Assembly: GCA_964188305.1 (NCBI GenBank)
Contig: OZ076889.1
Origin: Podarcis bocagei
Lineage: Eukaryota
Reading direction: 5' to 3' (one strand)
Length of the DNA stretch: 64,000 nt
Position 1 is the stretch's first letter, and each line of letters opens with the position of its first letter. Under the pieces are notes generated by a model, which saw only the letters and a program-made list of their open reading frames with translations, searched no databases and was not told the DNA's origin. Shown piece after piece: positions 23,175-37,563 of the stretch. The translations under genes and the position numbers were made by a program.

Positions 23175-23860
23175 TTGCATTCAGATGGATCCTTCCTCCA
23201 CTTGCGTTCAAGCCGTCTCCCAGCTTATTTCATCGTCCTAAGCTCTGGAGTAGACCAAGGAGCCAAACAGGCTCCGCAAAGTGAAAGAGGGTGCACAGAA
23301 GTGATCGTGTCACTGACCCGAGCCATTCAGTTGTTCCAGAGAGTCAACCAGAGTTTCAACAGGAGCACCAGTCCTATCAGGCAGGAAATCCCCCAGAGCT
23401 GTCTGGAAGCCCATTGACTCTTAGCAGTCTCTGAGAGCAGACCATCCTAATAGGTCCCCTGCCTCTGCGGAGGGGAAAAGGTGCTGAAAGCCTAAAGGTC
23501 ATCAGGAAGTGATCTCACCATGATAAGAGACTGATGTCAATATCCCTCAGATCACCCTCTTCCTGCCCAGTTGAGAAAATAAGGTCCAGAGTGTGGCTTG
23601 CCATGTGTGTTGGGCCGTTGACATATTGAGACAGCCCCATGGTCATCATGGCAGTCATGAGACGGTTGCCTCAGCATGGATGTTGAAGCCCCCCAGAACC
23701 AACAGTCTGGGAGTCTTCAGCACTGCCTCCGGGACCAGCTCTGTCAGCTTAGGCAGGGAGACTGCTGGGCAGCAAGGCGGGTGGTAAGCCAGCAGAATCC
23801 CTAATCTGTCCCGATCGCTCAACGCCAGGAACACACACTCTAGATTCCCACCCAACTGGA
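23175..23860 (-). mobile_element. Degraded L2 ORF2 endonuclease region
   Basis: LGILLAYHPP...PRLLVLGGFNIH (APE-type YRPP and GDFN motifs); limits approximate. Confidence 0.65.
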
Positions 23861-24587
23861 CAGAGAGTCAAGAGAGAGGGAGAACAAATTTCAGCAGAAA
23901 CAAGGAAAGGGAAGAGGCACCTGTTTACATCAGCAAATATGTAAATAACATATCTGCAAAGGAATTTACATACCTAGTTACGTATAGTGTATGTAAAACA
24001 CACACACCACCAACAACAACGTAGAGAATTTAAAGTAAATTTCACACCAAGAGTCTGTGGTGCAATGGCAGTTGAATAGGTGAAGGAAAGGATAGTCAAT
24101 TCTGACTGATTCCTTTGATATCCCAAGCTAACAGTTGTGTAAATTCTGGGAAGGAATTTAGACCAAAAGGGAGAGGTTTTATTTGTATTTAATTTTTATT
24201 TACATTTCATTTATATTCTGCCTCATGGCTTTAAAAGGCAGCTACACTTTGCTGCTGGCATCCTATGTGGCATGAGGGCATCTCCCCACACTTCCTTCAG
24301 ACACAGGAGCAAGGCAAGCGAAGACAAAGGGATGCCAGCAGTTGGGGAAGGGAAATATTAAAGGCAGAGGTTGCAAAGCTGCATGGTATTGGGGAGTGTT
24401 CACAGCTGCAACAAAGGAAGAACAGAAAAATATGACTCATGGAAACAAAGAATAACAGGTGGGGAATAGGGGGACCGGCAGCCCTTGAAACCTCTGCAAG
24501 ACTAATTCACAGAGATGTTCTTTTCCCCTTGCGTACACACTCAGCTACGACTGCCTTCCTCCCCTTCCGCAAAGATTCCTCTCTTAC

Positions 24588-24780
24588 CTTTCATAAACCA
24601 CCCCACTAAGAGGGGGTGGCCAGTGTATGGTAAGGGTTTCCTGGCTTTGCCCAATGACCACCGCTGGCATGGGGATAGGAGTGGGCCTCCTGCCCTGACT
24701 CCACTGCTGGTACACCAAATCCAGATAGCAGTGCATCCGAGCCACTTGGTTTGGGGTGAAACTGTCTGTGCAGTTGTCAT
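24588..24780 (-). CDS. PAPPA2: Pappalysin-2 coding exon (end of protease domain)
   Basis: ctcccacag|ATGAC ... GAAAG|gtaaga; 193 nt; [65 protein letters not shown] (hand-translated; this frame is not in the ORF track). Confidence 0.96.
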
Positions 24781-25101
24781 CTGTGGGAGAAAGAGAGGCA
24801 GCTGGTGAAGCAACTGAAACGTAGTGCTAGACAGCAGGGGGGCGAGGGTGGGGCAGCCTGGGCAAGAGATCCCTCGGTGCAAGGGGGTCAGGTAGGATTT
24901 GTGTGCCTCCCACAGTGACCTGGTCTTCCACCCCTGTGCTCCTCCCAGAATACTCTGTGCATCAGAGAAGATTCTGGGGCAGCACAGTCCTTCACATCAC
25001 AGGTGCTTAGGAAGACTGGAAGCAGCATGACCCTCTGGCTTAGCTCACACTGAGGCCCGCTCCGCAGTTTCCATTTAAAGCAGTATCATACTACTTGAAA
25101 A

Positions 25102-25158
25102 GGGACGCGGGTGGCGCTGTGGTCCAAACCACTGAGCCTAGGGCTTGCCAATCAGAAG
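25102..25158 (+). mobile_element. Sauria SINE 5' fragment
   Basis: gggacgcgggtggcgctgtgg...cttgccaatcagaag. Confidence 0.8.
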
Positions 25159-27435
25159 TCCAGATTTTGTTCATGCAAAGCAGATAGAAAGCTGCTCCTC
25201 ATACTGTTTTAAAAAGTGAAAATTATGTAGGTTTGCCTATAAATGCTAGCTGAATGGAATTCCTCCCTCATCCCTAGCAAATGTAGAGTTTCCACATCTG
25301 AAAGTGACACAGACCAGAAATGGAATGAACCCTCCATCCCTCTCCTAATATAAACATACAGTATCTACCAGTATGTCCACTCTGGAGAGGAAATTACGAA
25401 TTCTCAGAGCATGTTATGCCATCCATTTGCCAACAGATGGCAGTCCTTCAGCAACTGCTTAATCTCATCACAGGTGCTAAGTAAGCGCAAGACTTCTTCT
25501 TCACGAATAGCCAGGAATGTTGCCCTTGTTGCATCAAGGAACACTAAAGACGGAGGGCAGGCATTTCGAAGAAGGAAGCTCAAAAGCTCAGCGATGAATG
25601 CATGACTCTTGAAAACAAATAGTTGTTATCAGCCAGGATGAGAGAAGAGTCAACCCAGCGCCAAAGCTCAGAGCCAGGGGAGGCCACCTGCATTGGGCAG
25701 CAGAGCTAAGAGGGCCAGGCTTGTTGGGCAGGGAGGAACTCAAATACATACTTTTGATGCTGCACTTACGAAAACATAATCCATAGTTCCTGGCACTAAC
25801 TATACATAGGATCTGCTCTCTAGCTTCCATCAGGTCACTCCTACAGATTAATCTTCTCCATTAGGTTTAAGCCCATAATCCTCATACGCTTCTCTGCTTA
25901 TTCCTACAGATCAAGCTGCCCAAAACAGCATAGAAGTAAGACAGGTCATCTTTTTCCCCCCCTTGGCAGTCCTGCCAACTATAACGAAGCCAAATTATGT
26001 GTAATTGCAATCGTGTCCATGCTACCCTTTTCTGTCCTCTCCCTTCCTTGTCTTCCACATGATTGAATGAGGATTGCTAGCTCATTGCATCCATATCTTC
26101 TTTGCTTTGCATTTTTGGTTCCTTTAAAGAGCTTGCCAAAGAGGAATGCACATTTCCCGAGAAGTAATACCCACTCTGTGGAGCTTGCTTCTACATAGAA
26201 TTGTGACCTCAAAAATGTAGATGCCTTGGGCTGTAATACTTTGCACACTTACCTGGGAGTAAGCCCCAAGGAATCCAAAGGGACTTTCTTCTTAGCAGAC
26301 ATGCATGGGCTGGAGCTGTTGGTTTTGTAGCAGGGGGTCTGCCATGGTCACTTGAGGCCAACCACAACAGAGGGGTCAGGTCAAAAGGACAGCAGATACA
26401 GGACACCTGCTTTTAGTATCTCCAGGCCAGAGCAAAGGTCACCAAATGGAAGCAAGCAATTCACAAGAAAACATGGGCTCTTCTCACGAAGACAGTCGCA
26501 CCCTCTAGGTGCAGAAACACATCCCGGATTTGAGTGTTGACTATGTCTACAGCATATAGAGGGATTGTCTGTCTCTAATGCTGTAGAGATTGTCTTACAC
26601 ACAAATGTTCACACTGCATATTTTTGAGTGAGTAAACCTTGTCTTTAAATGAATTTCGCTCATTGCAAAACAGAAAATAGTTTCCATAAGGGTTCCCCTC
26701 AGAACAGTGCTGATCAAGATTTCCAACTCCTGAGAATGAGGCAGAAAGACAGAAGACACTTTTGGAAGGGAAGAGCTCTTCTGAGAAAATGTTGCTACTA
26801 CAAAAGTACTTTCATACAAAAGTACTGAAGCAACTGTATTCTCCTATGCAGCTCTTAGGGTAAGGGACATTTTAGGGGACCCTTCTTAAATGAATTTATC
26901 TACTTACACATTATTTACAATAGATTTGAGGTAGGTATAGGTAGCCTTCCCAACCACCGTTTCTTGCCTTCCCCTCCCCTCAGTTGCCCCTGCAAGCAAA
27001 GTGAACCAGGAAAAGACTAACAGAGCAGTAGTCAGTCTTGCAGAGCCCCTCAAGGGGCTGGAGGTAACATATAAATGGCCTACGACCCAGAACGTTAAGA
27101 ACTGGCTTTTCCCATATGAACAGGCTCAGGCCTTAAGATCTGCCTCAGACTGTTCCCCATATTCTGTAACCGGTGGAGATCTGGCAAGGAGGCACAAAAC
27201 AGAGGTGGCCCTTGACTCGTCTTCACTGGGTTAGTCTACCAGGCTCCCTCTGCTTTTAAATGTGCAGCCAAAACACATTGCTTCCAGCAGACTTTTACTT
27301 ATAGTTCTGACCTCCATTCATAATTGTGGCTGGTCACTGTGTTATTATGTCATTACTCTGGAGTAGATACAAGACAGCGAAATTTATTTTTTACTGCCAA
27401 CTATGGGATCCAGTCATTGGGCCATGCTGAAAATA

Positions 27436-27678
27436 CTGTATTTTTCGCTCTATAAGACACACCAGACCACAAGACGCACTTAGTTTTTGGAGGAGGAAAA
27501 CAGGGGAAAAAATATTCTGAATCTCAGAAGCCAGAACAGCAAGAGGGATCGCTGCAATCCCTTTTGCTTTTCTGGCTTCTGGGATAGCTGCGCAGCCTGC
27601 ATTCGCTCCATGACGCACACACATTTCCCCTTACTTTTTAGGAGGGAAAAAGTGAGTCTTATAGAGCGAAAAATATGG
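27436..27678. mobile_element. Tc1/mariner-superfamily MITE
   Basis: TA TSD, TIR CYGTATTTTTCGCTCTATAAGAC. Confidence 0.88.
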
Positions 27679-28105
27679 TACATTGAAATATTGGAACTGC
27701 AAAGCAAGTTGCACGTGAGTGGTGGTGGGCAAGCTGTATTTCTCTAGCTGAGCCTTTCTGCCAGGCACAGTGAACAAGATCCCTCCCACTAGTAGTTCCT
27801 AGGTGATGAGAAGCTTTAAAAAACCTTTGAAAGGGTGTGGTGATTTAGAATTCATGAGATCTGGAAACAAAATGCATGTGATTCTTGAATGATTTGCCTT
27901 TTGATTACTGAGATTTTCAAAAACACAGCCCTCTTTTCTTCACCTAATGCTTATCTGTGAAATCTTGAGACCTCCCAACTTACTATTCTGAAAATGAAGG
28001 CAGAGGTTCTCAGCATCTCACTGGATTCAAAGGCTGACATGCCATTCATCTGAAGCCCCTCTCTGAACCTCGTGAAGAAAAAGTTCTCCCCCTCCCCTTC
28101 CTTAC

Positions 28106-28399
28106 CTGTGTAGCTCATATAATTGTTGAAGGGAGTTCCAGAGAAGTGGGTCTGGCCACAAGTGTCATTGGTCGGATCCGGATCCCGGCAGCGTTTGCTT
28201 TTGGGAGTAGGTGCTGTATCAGCACAAAGATCTCCAGTCTCCATGGATGGTGTCGTCTCCCTGCACAGGTCATCACAGGATTCCCTTTCATTTACTCCCT
28301 TAAAGACATGGTAGAGTCCCAGGATGTGTCCCACTTCATGGATCATGGTATTTGTATGACCCGGCATACCATAATAGGCCGGATTGAGGACCACACCGC
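28106..28399 (-). CDS. PAPPA2: Pappalysin-2 catalytic exon with zinc-binding motif and Met-turn
   Basis: tgtttcag|GCGGT ... ACAG|gtaagg; 294 nt; [11 protein letters not shown] (HEXXHXXGXXH, 28308-28340), [12 protein letters not shown], Met-turn NYMSY. Confidence 0.98.
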
Positions 28400-29006
28400 C
28401 TGAAACAGCAAAAGCATTCAATGTCACTCAGAGAGAGGAGTGGAATCCTGAGCTAAAGTAAATGCCAACTTTTCCAATGAGAAGTTCCAAATAGTGTTCC
28501 TCATCATGAGAAGACTGGCTCTGCTGCTGCTGCTGCTGCTGGGAATGGCCTCTGTAGAGCTGACCATCTTTAGCTCCAGCCCAAGGTGAGCACCCTATGA
28601 CAGATCAACAGATGGGAGAGGAAGCCCACTCAGCTACCTTAGAGTATCCATGCAGCCGACTAGAGTCCTTCCTGCCAGCAGAACTACTTATGAGTAAGTA
28701 TACCAATCTGCATGCCAGCTCATTAGGAAAAAGGGATTCAGGTTGAAGTCGTTCCCGGTCTGCTGCTTTGCTCCTGAGGATGAGCTTCAGCAACAAGATG
28801 CATTCTTTCACGAGTAGACATGTTTGAAGCAGCAGGCTGGACAGAAAAGTGATTCTACTGCTGCCTTTCAAGGCGTACACACCCAAAAAGTGTGAGTGAC
28901 AGCAGAACTTATTTTGGGGAGGGGGGCAGAAGTCTACTTCTCGTCCCAAAAGGAAGTGGCTGCAGCAAAGACACCCCGAAAATTAACTGCCACTAATGTG
29001 TGTGTT

Positions 29007-29372
29007 GGGACGCGGGTGGCGCAGTGGGTAAAACCTCAGTGCCTAGGACTTGCCGATCGCATGGTCGGTGGTTCGAATCCCCGCGGCTGGGTGAGCTCCC
29101 GTCTTTCGGTCCTAGCTCCTGCCCACCTAGCAGTTCGAAAGCACTCTTAAGTGCAAGTAGATAAATAGGTACTGCTTTATAGCGGAAAGGTAAACGGCGT
29201 TTCCGTGTGCTGCACTGGTCCGGCTCGCCAGAGCAGCTTCGTCACGCTGGCCACGTGACCCGGAAGTGTCTCCGGACAGCGCTGGCCCCCGGCCTCTTAA
29301 GTGAGATGAGTGCACAACCCTAGAGTCGGACACAACTGGCCCGTACGGGCAGGGGTACCTTTACCTTTACCT
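29007..29372 (+). mobile_element. Sauria SINE, distinct subfamily
   Basis: Full head and (ACCTTT) tail, 13-bp TSD taatgtgtRtgtt; internal differences from the other copies. Confidence 0.92.
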
Positions 29373-32300
29373 TAATGTGTATGTTACAGACATTTCCACA
29401 GGCGTTCTTCCATCTTTTTTTCATGATTATTCTGTCCTTTAAGAATACTTGTCAATTAAGCAGCCAAACATTCTCAAAGTGAACACCAATTATTTGACCG
29501 TTATCGAACACTGTCAAATGTGGGAGAGGGGGCTGAATCTGATGCCCCCTTCTTTTCATTATTCCATCCTTGTTTCTAATATCTAAGGCCATGGGATACA
29601 GGCCAGGAACTGTTCCGTCTTTTAAATATCATACATACATGTCGAAACACTGTTGCCTATAAATAATAACTCTTTTTGTTATAAAAAGTAAACTTGGGTT
29701 GTTGTTTTTCATAATGAGTAAGTCACACTATTTAGAATTCTGAAAAATGAATGTGTTAATATTTTGCCATAAATATTTCTGGTGAAGTAGGCTCTCCTCC
29801 CCAAAGTTTTGGTCACAATAAATGCCTTAGCTGCTAGGGTTCTCTTTGTTACAAAAGGCTAACACAGTTCTCCCCTTGGCAAATCAACCTTATCTGACAG
29901 TATTTGACCCTGCTTAAAGAAACACTTTTCGACAGATCAAATGGCCAGGCCACCTTTCTCTGCCATTTTTGCATGGCAAGGCGGCAGGCAGGAGAGCTCC
30001 ATTCACTGAACGGGGAGCTCCTTAGCTAACAAGCAAAAATTAAACCAGGAAAAGAAAACTGTGGCTGATTTCCCAGCCAAACCCCAGTCTGAGACAGGAG
30101 GCTCCCTTGCTGAAAGCAAAGGAGAGGAATGTGAGTGAGTGAAGAAAGAAAACCTTGCTAATAGCTAAGTTAATGGGATGTTAGAGCCCAGCCATAATCC
30201 CGCTGTGTCAACCGCTAACAGCAAACAGCAAAGTGAGTCTGATTGCTGAGGGCACGAGGGGCCTCAAAACCTACTCTTCCCACCTTCAAGTAGAAACTTG
30301 AAACCCGTTCCACTGGAGAAAATATGAGCGGGAGAGAGCCAGCTACTGCTGAGAAGTGTCTTGGCAACTTTGTGCTCAATCCCCCCTTTCTCCAAGACTG
30401 CGAGCTTGTTTTCAAACTGGGTGAACACAAAAAAATCCATTTAGTGGGGGAAAGGTTGCCCGTTCTCTCTGATCCCTCTCCTGTGTGAACATTTCTGCAT
30501 ATTGCAAGGGCCAAATTGGCTGCCCAAGGTCTCTGGGAAAGTGGGGGTGGAATAGTTTTTAAAGCTTCTGCTGCCCTAGGATATCATCTATAGCAGTCAC
30601 ACCTCCCCTTTCTAGATACCATGCTGGCCAGCTCATTTAGTTTTACTTGTGGACTTGTTAGGAATCAGCTTTGATTTTAAAAACAAAAAACTGTCAGCAA
30701 GTGACTGCACAAAGGCCAGGGCCACCCATCAACCATGGAAGTTAAGAGGTGTGGACTGAGTTCATGATGGCCTTTGCTTAGAGATCAAAACCTCAGCAAG
30801 CCAATAATCCTAGTTTGTCAAAGGCCAATGCTTTGGCTTCTCTTCAGGAACAGAGAATTTACCACATAGGAGCTTAGGCCTTCATAAAAAATCCCAGCAG
30901 GCTACAAGTACTTAAGCAAGCACTTCGCCACACAAGTCAACACCCCTGAACTTTTGGATCTAACCAACTAAGCTGAAAGGTCAGTTCTGATGGCTGCAAC
31001 AAGACCTGATGTTATGGCCCTCAAGTATCTGGGTCAGTAGAATGTGCTATAGGACAACCAACCTCTGCATTTTCAGGATTCACACTTTTCTCCAGCCTGG
31101 CAGTCTAAAGTATATTGCGCCAAACAAAACTGATTTCTCTTCAGAAGACAAGGCTCTGTAGTAAAGTGTGTGGCATCTAGCAGTAAGTGGCAAATATGGG
31201 AGACTTTCTTCCTCCCCCCCTCTCTCTCTGAAGAGAAAACCTGAAGTCACCCAATGAAATGGTTGAGCAACAGATTCAGTTAAAAGAAATATACGGCATT
31301 AATAAGTAATATACAGCATTCACTGCCTCAAGTTGTGTTGATGGCCATTGGATTGGATGACAGAGATTATAGGAAGGAGTATTCAAATTAACGGCATAAA
31401 GCTCTATCAAAGTCCATGGGAGACAAAAAAAAATTGTCTCAGATTTTAATGTGTTATTTCTCAAAATTGTTAGGGTTAATGTGAGGCTTGAGACACTGAG
31501 TGTTTTGTTATTATTCAGATGATATTTACTGATGTACAGAAGGGCTAGGGGTTTTTTAGATCTTTTAACAGCTGCCAATGATGTTTTGGCTCAGCAATGG
31601 AAAACAGCCACACCTACTTAAGGAACGGCTAATTAAAAGTTCTGGAAATGACCAAAATGGATATGCTTGTGATCAACACCAGAAAAATGGCTTCTCCCGT
31701 CTGCCCCCAATTAAAGTGGGAGGAAAAATTGGTTCCATTTCTCTTTACTCCACTGCGATACTAAAAAGAGTATTTTTGCAACATTTAATTTTTGAATGTA
31801 AAACAAGATGAAAGAAAAATCGGTGACTGTTTAGTCAAACCTGTTACTATATTGGCTATAAATATTATGATGGCATGCAGGAGCCAGAAAAAATGGTTTT
31901 GAGGACTGTATTTAGCCCACAGACCATCAGCTGGACATTCCTGCCCTAAGTAGGAAGAAAAGGAGATAAAGGGTCTCCAGGGGGCTTTGAACCTTGGAAA
32001 GTTGTCACTGAGGTGAAGTGTGGTGTGCTGGAGGAAAAGAATGAGAATCAAGAATGGGGAGCTTGCCTCAACACCCCAGCTCAGGCAGCTAAAGGAAATG
32101 GTTTGGTGAATTTTTTTGTGCAGCTGTCCAGTGTTCAACTTTGTGAGCAGGTATCTTGAAAAGATCTACAAGATTCCTGCGAAACCCAAGCCACGTGCAT
32201 TGGAAAATGCCTCCTAAAAGGGAACAAGGAACTCTTGAAGTCTCTGAACTAGATCTCTCCTGCAAAAATTCCCACATCACAAATCTGCTTTTGAATCAAA

Positions 32301-32965
32301 GGCAAAGTCCTATGAGTGGAACCAAACGTATTACGTGCATTTTTTTAAAAAAATGCAAATCCTGTGCCAAGAATTATATACAACATGCACATTACTGGAG
32401 AAATAAATCCAATACATTTCCGTTGGATTTTCTTCTAGGTAAGCATGTTTACGATTGCAACCCTGCCAGTGGTAACACGCAAAGAAATGAGGGGGGGGGG
32501 CTGGTGGCATGAAGCAAGTTAATGCAGCAGGTTAAGGGTACCTCAAGGAACAGCAAAGGTTCACAGTCAGCTCTGGAGGATGACCAGGTGGAGAAGCAAT
32601 TGGAACCCACTGAGAAAGCTGCAAAACATCTTCTAACAAAGATGGGCTGTCCCCAGGGGGAAGGTCAAGTAGGGGAAACTGTGCTTTGGGGGATCCCACA
32701 TTTGGAACCAGCAGCCATGGACACCAGCCCCACTGCCTGGCTCACCCTGTCGCCATCCACTCACCCAAAGCTCTCCACCTCATCCCTACCAAGAGCAAGG
32801 CAGCAAGGGAGAAGGTGCAGTCCCTCAGTGCCATTCCTAAGTGACATTTACCTAATAGGACAGATAACATAGATTCTGTCTGCAAGTCTGCATGGAACCT
32901 TCTTTGCAAAGGTCAGTGACAGAGGGCGACCCCCCAATCCAGGCACACCCAAGAGCGAGGCTTAC

Positions 32966-33111
32966 CCAGGTGGCTGAGGGCATCCTTGTCCCAGGGCCAG
33001 GTGGCAGCACCTGCCAGCTCCTCTCGCACAGAGCTAGCAAAGTAGACATTCAGGAAGTGAGTGCTGTTCAGCTGAAGCATCTCCTTCAGCTCCTTCACAC
33101 TCATATATGCC
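32966..33111 (-). CDS. PAPPA2: Pappalysin-2 coding exon (protease domain)
   Basis: ctctgcag|GGCATAT ... CACCTGG|gtaagc; 146 nt; [49 protein letters not shown]. Confidence 0.97.
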
Positions 33112-35213
33112 CTGCAGAGAGAAGGAGAGAGGTAACACAAAACAGTACAAATTAATTACCGTAGTAACAACACTTTGCATTCATGCAGTCCTTTCCCTGG
33201 GTGCCCATCTCAGTGGTAGGCCATGTGGCCTCATGCCAAATTCCTAAAACCTCTTCTCCTTTGAAGTGGGTCTTGGGAAGCGCATGAGCACAGCCCAGTA
33301 TCTTCATCAGCGTCTCTACTAGGGACAGCTTCACACCAGCATGATGACGCACTTTTAGGCAGACTGTATATTTGGAAAGAGTGGCAGAGAGAAAAGGTTT
33401 TAAGAAGCTGTTCAAGAAAAGCCCTGCCTGTGTTCACCCTGGCCGATGGATCTTTGCACACAGGCTCCCAGTACTTCCTGGAATGACCATGGGAAGTTTT
33501 GCGGTGGAGACGTGCTCATTTCAGGCAGTGCTGCTGTGCCAGATGCCTTCCACGGCTGCAAGTGGGCTTTAAAAGAAAAATGACCTGCAGAGAAGACCCC
33601 CTCAGCCACCTCGTTCACTTAAATAAAGGTAAGCACTACTCTTGCCGCAAACCAACAAATTCTGAACAAAGTTTTTCTGCTTCCTGTGAAAGAAGCAGAG
33701 AGAAAAAAATACCTCTTTCACAGGGAGCAAAGACTTTCACAAAAATAGGAGGCGAGGTCTGACCCAGCATTATTCCACACAATCCCTGAATCAACTTGGA
33801 TTTCCCTATTCTAGATCACTGTACCCTGGATTAACTGACTCCACTGAGAAGGACTGGATTTTTAGCTGATGCCAAACTTCCATCTGTGTGGTGAGATCTG
33901 TGATGGCCACATTCTCACATGCAGACCACTGTTCGACGCCTCCAAGTGATAAGCACACATGCACACATAAATAATCCCTAAATAAGAGAACAAGGAATGA
34001 GCGTTCCTATTATGGCACAATTCTAAACAGACAAGCAAAATGTAATTTCCTCAGGGGAACTAAGAAACGCCGCTCAGTAGCCTCACGTCTTAAAATAAAT
34101 CTTGGTTCCCAACCTGTGTGCATCTAGGAAAAACCACTCCAAAAAAACCACTCCAAAGGCTTGCAAGCCATCCAAATTCCATGGACTGAGGTCAGTCATG
34201 TTTGAAGGGATATTCCTGCCACTCTCCAGGGGAGACATTTTTCTCACTGCTGCCTGCAGGTCCCTTGACACTAGTAAAATGTTTCCCGCCTCCCCATTCG
34301 CTTTGACTTCATTATCAATCACCCCAGGGTTGTTGGCTTTTTCCATGAAGTTGGGCCAAGCAGATTTGATCTGATCCAAAAAGAAAAAGGAAAAAAAGCA
34401 GCTTGATGTGAGGAAGGGGGAAAACAGACCTTCAATTACAGTGTGAGAGGAACTGCAGACATCCAATGATGAGCAGCCCAGCGAAAGACCAAACAACATG
34501 GAACAGAGACCAAATCAAATTTGGAATGACCGACTCCCTTGGGCTTCTGCTTTTGCTGGTGTCTCCACTGGTGCTTTCATCCGTCATAAACAAGTGTTAG
34601 TGCCAATGTTACTCTATTCCACAGTTATTCATTCGTATCCCTTAGGCCTTCTGCATAGACTTCTCCCCCACCCACCCCATCCCCTCAATGGCTCCTAACC
34701 CAAGGATTCTGTGACACATTGTCTGCACATTAATGGATAGTTGGAAACGACTCTGTATTCTATTTCTGATCTTCTAGGAAGAGTGTCTGTGCTTAAATAG
34801 ACAAATGACAGCACCCACTCACAAGAGAGGTTTTGGCAGGCTCAAGGAAACTCCAAGGTTTGCAGAAGTACAAAAATATCTTCAGGGGAAATCCTAAAAG
34901 GGGGAGACCCACAAAATTAAACAAATAAGGACCGAGTATCTTCAATGGACATAAAATGCTTACTGACCATTGTGAGGAAACAAATAACCTGTTGGGATGG
35001 AGAGGCAAGAAAATGGTGTGGCTGGAAAACGAGCCTGGAAGAAGAGGGTAGCGACAACCATCCTGGCTCACACTATTTTTAAATATCTCCAAGGACAGAG
35101 GTGAGAGCGGCCCATAAAAATCAATGGAGAAATCCATTTTCTTAAACACAGATGGGACTGAACACCAGTGTGTCTACCCCACGCCCAAAGAGTAGAAGGC
35201 AAAGACGATAGTT

Positions 35214-36310
35214 CATAGAATCATAGAATCATAGAGTTGGAAGAGACCACAAGGGCCATCGAGTCCAACCCCCTGCCAAGCAGGAAACACCATCAGAGCA
35301 CTCCTGACATATGGTTGTCAAGCCTCTGCTTAAAGACCTCCAAAGAAGGAGACTCCACCACACTCCTTGGCAGCAAATTCCACTGTCGAACAGCTCTTAC
35401 TGTCAGGAAGTTCTTCCTAATGTTTAGGTGGAATCTTCTTTCTTGTAGTTTGGATCCATTGCTCCGTGTCCGCTTCTCTGGAGCAGCAGAAAACAACCTT
35501 TCTCCCTCCTCTATGTGACATCCTTTTATATATTTGAACATGGCTATCATATCACCCCTTAACCTCCTCTTCTCCAGGCTAAACATGCCCAGCTCCCTTA
35601 GCCGTTCCTCATAAGGCATCGTTTCCAGGCCTTTGACCATTTTGGTTGCCCTCCTCTGGACACGTTCCAGTTTGTCAGTGTCCTTCTTGAATTGTGGTGC
35701 CCAGAACTGGACACAGTACTCCAGGTGTGGTCTGACCAGAGCAGAATACAGTGGCACTATTACTTCCCTTGATCTAGATGCTATACTCCTATTGATGCAG
35801 CCCAGAATTGCATTGGCTTTTTTAGCTGCCGCGTCACACTGTTGGCTCATGTCAAGTTTGTGGTCAACCAAGACTCCTAGATCCTTTTCACATGTACTGC
35901 TCTCAAGCCAGGTGTCACCCATCTTGTATTTGTGCTTCTCATTTTTTTTGCCCAAGTGCAATACTTTACATTTCTCCCTGTTAAAATTCATCTTGTTTGT
36001 TTTGGCCCAGTTCTCTAATCTGTCAAGGTCGTTTTGAAGTGTGATCCTGTCCTCTGGGGTGTTAGCCACCCCTCCCAGTTTGGTGTCATCTGCAAATTTG
36101 ATCAGGATGCCCTTGAGTCCATCATCCAAGTCGTTGATAAAGATGTTAAATAAGACCGGGCCCAAGACAGAACCCTGTGGCACCCCACTAGTCACTCTTC
36201 TCCAGGATGAAGAGGAACCATTGATGAGCACCCTTTGGGTTCGGTCAGTCAGCCAGTTACAAATCCACTGAGTGGTAGCAGAGTCAAGACCGCAATTTAC
36301 CAGCTTCTTT
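35214..36310 (-). mobile_element. Young CR1 LINE, 5'-truncated (RT C-terminal half, open frame 35293-36231)
   Basis: [41 protein letters not shown]; (ATTCTATG)n tail. Confidence 0.97.
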
Positions 36311-36844
36311 CTTATGTGGTCTCTTATTTAGGGCAAAACATTTGCAAAGAGCAAGGCCAATCCATCTCACTGTCCCAATATTGCAGGTTGAAAGCGCTTG
36401 CATCTGCTGTCCAGGTGGATCAGGTGCCCAGCAGGGGCTGGGATGAAGATGAGAGGGTGGGTTACAAGTTCTCTGCAATAATATGCCTTGCTCCTATCTT
36501 CGCATTGGGTTGACCACCGTGAGAACAGGATGCTGACCACTGACCCCGCAGGCTCCTCTTATGTTTACATTGCAGGCTGGGCTGAGAGAGTGATGTTCAT
36601 TCTTATTTACTTAATACAATTAGCTGTGTCCTGCATTTTAGGGCGCCAAGTGCTTTAAGGTGTCTTATAAGTAACACCAGAGCACAACAGAATATTGACA
36701 AAATAACAATAACGATCAAAAATATAATATGGGTTATTTCACAACCACTTATTCTCATCCTTACACTAGTGCAACAGCCCTTGCGTTGACATCCAGTGAC
36801 AACCAAAATTGGTTTGCTTTGAGAGCATATGTTGCAGCCCGCAT

Positions 36845-37068
36845 TTATTTGTTTTATTATTTATTTATTGCATTTATATCCCAACCTTTTTCTCCAAGGA
36901 GCTCAAGGTCGTGTTCAAGGTGGTTCTTCCCCTGTTCATTTAATCCCCTAGGGTAGGCTGAGAGGCATTGACTGGCCCAAGCTCACTCAGTGAGCTTCAT
37001 GTCCGAGTGGAAATTTGAACCCTGCTCTTCCAGGTCTTGGTCCAACACTCTAACCACTGCACAACACT
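36845..37068 (-). mobile_element. Older Squam3/Ther1(MIR)-like SINE
   Basis: ctgagagg..gactggcccaag..cagtgagcttcatg..tttgaaccc..ctaaccact pattern with (TTTA) tail; a similar relic lies at about 6550-6695. Confidence 0.6.
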
Positions 37069-37563
37069 GCCTCTGTTTCATGACACGCTTTCCTAAAAGC
37101 AAAGGGTTTTACACTTCTCTCACACGGATCCATTTCACTGTGCTTGAGACATCAATGGGGGGGGGGATTATCATCTTTGCACCTCCCCACAATTGTCTGA
37201 AACTAAACTCATTAGGAGGGGGAGCGTATGTCTCAATGTCAACTTTAAACCTCCAGAGAGAGCCTGTTGCTCATTCTGATGAACACAGCAACAACACAGT
37301 ATTGAAGTTGGGGCAGCAGAGTCTCACAGCAAGCATGAAGTACGTGAATCAGTTTGAGAGGAAAAAGTCAGAGACAAATGACTTGTGGGAGAGAGCCGGA
37401 TTCAGCCAACCCATTCTGCTGGAAGAAGCCACCACAAGGACTCCCACTAGCATAACAGGGTTTCCCTCCCCTCTCCTCCCCCTGTGTGCCCCTGTGCCTC
37501 CCCCAAATCCACTCTGGAGGGTGGGGAGAAATCCCGGAACAGTGTGTGGGGTGAGGAGAGGTA

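Noticed and set aside
35293-36231. 312-aa ORF as a host gene
   Set aside because: It is the truncated CR1 reverse transcriptase C-terminus
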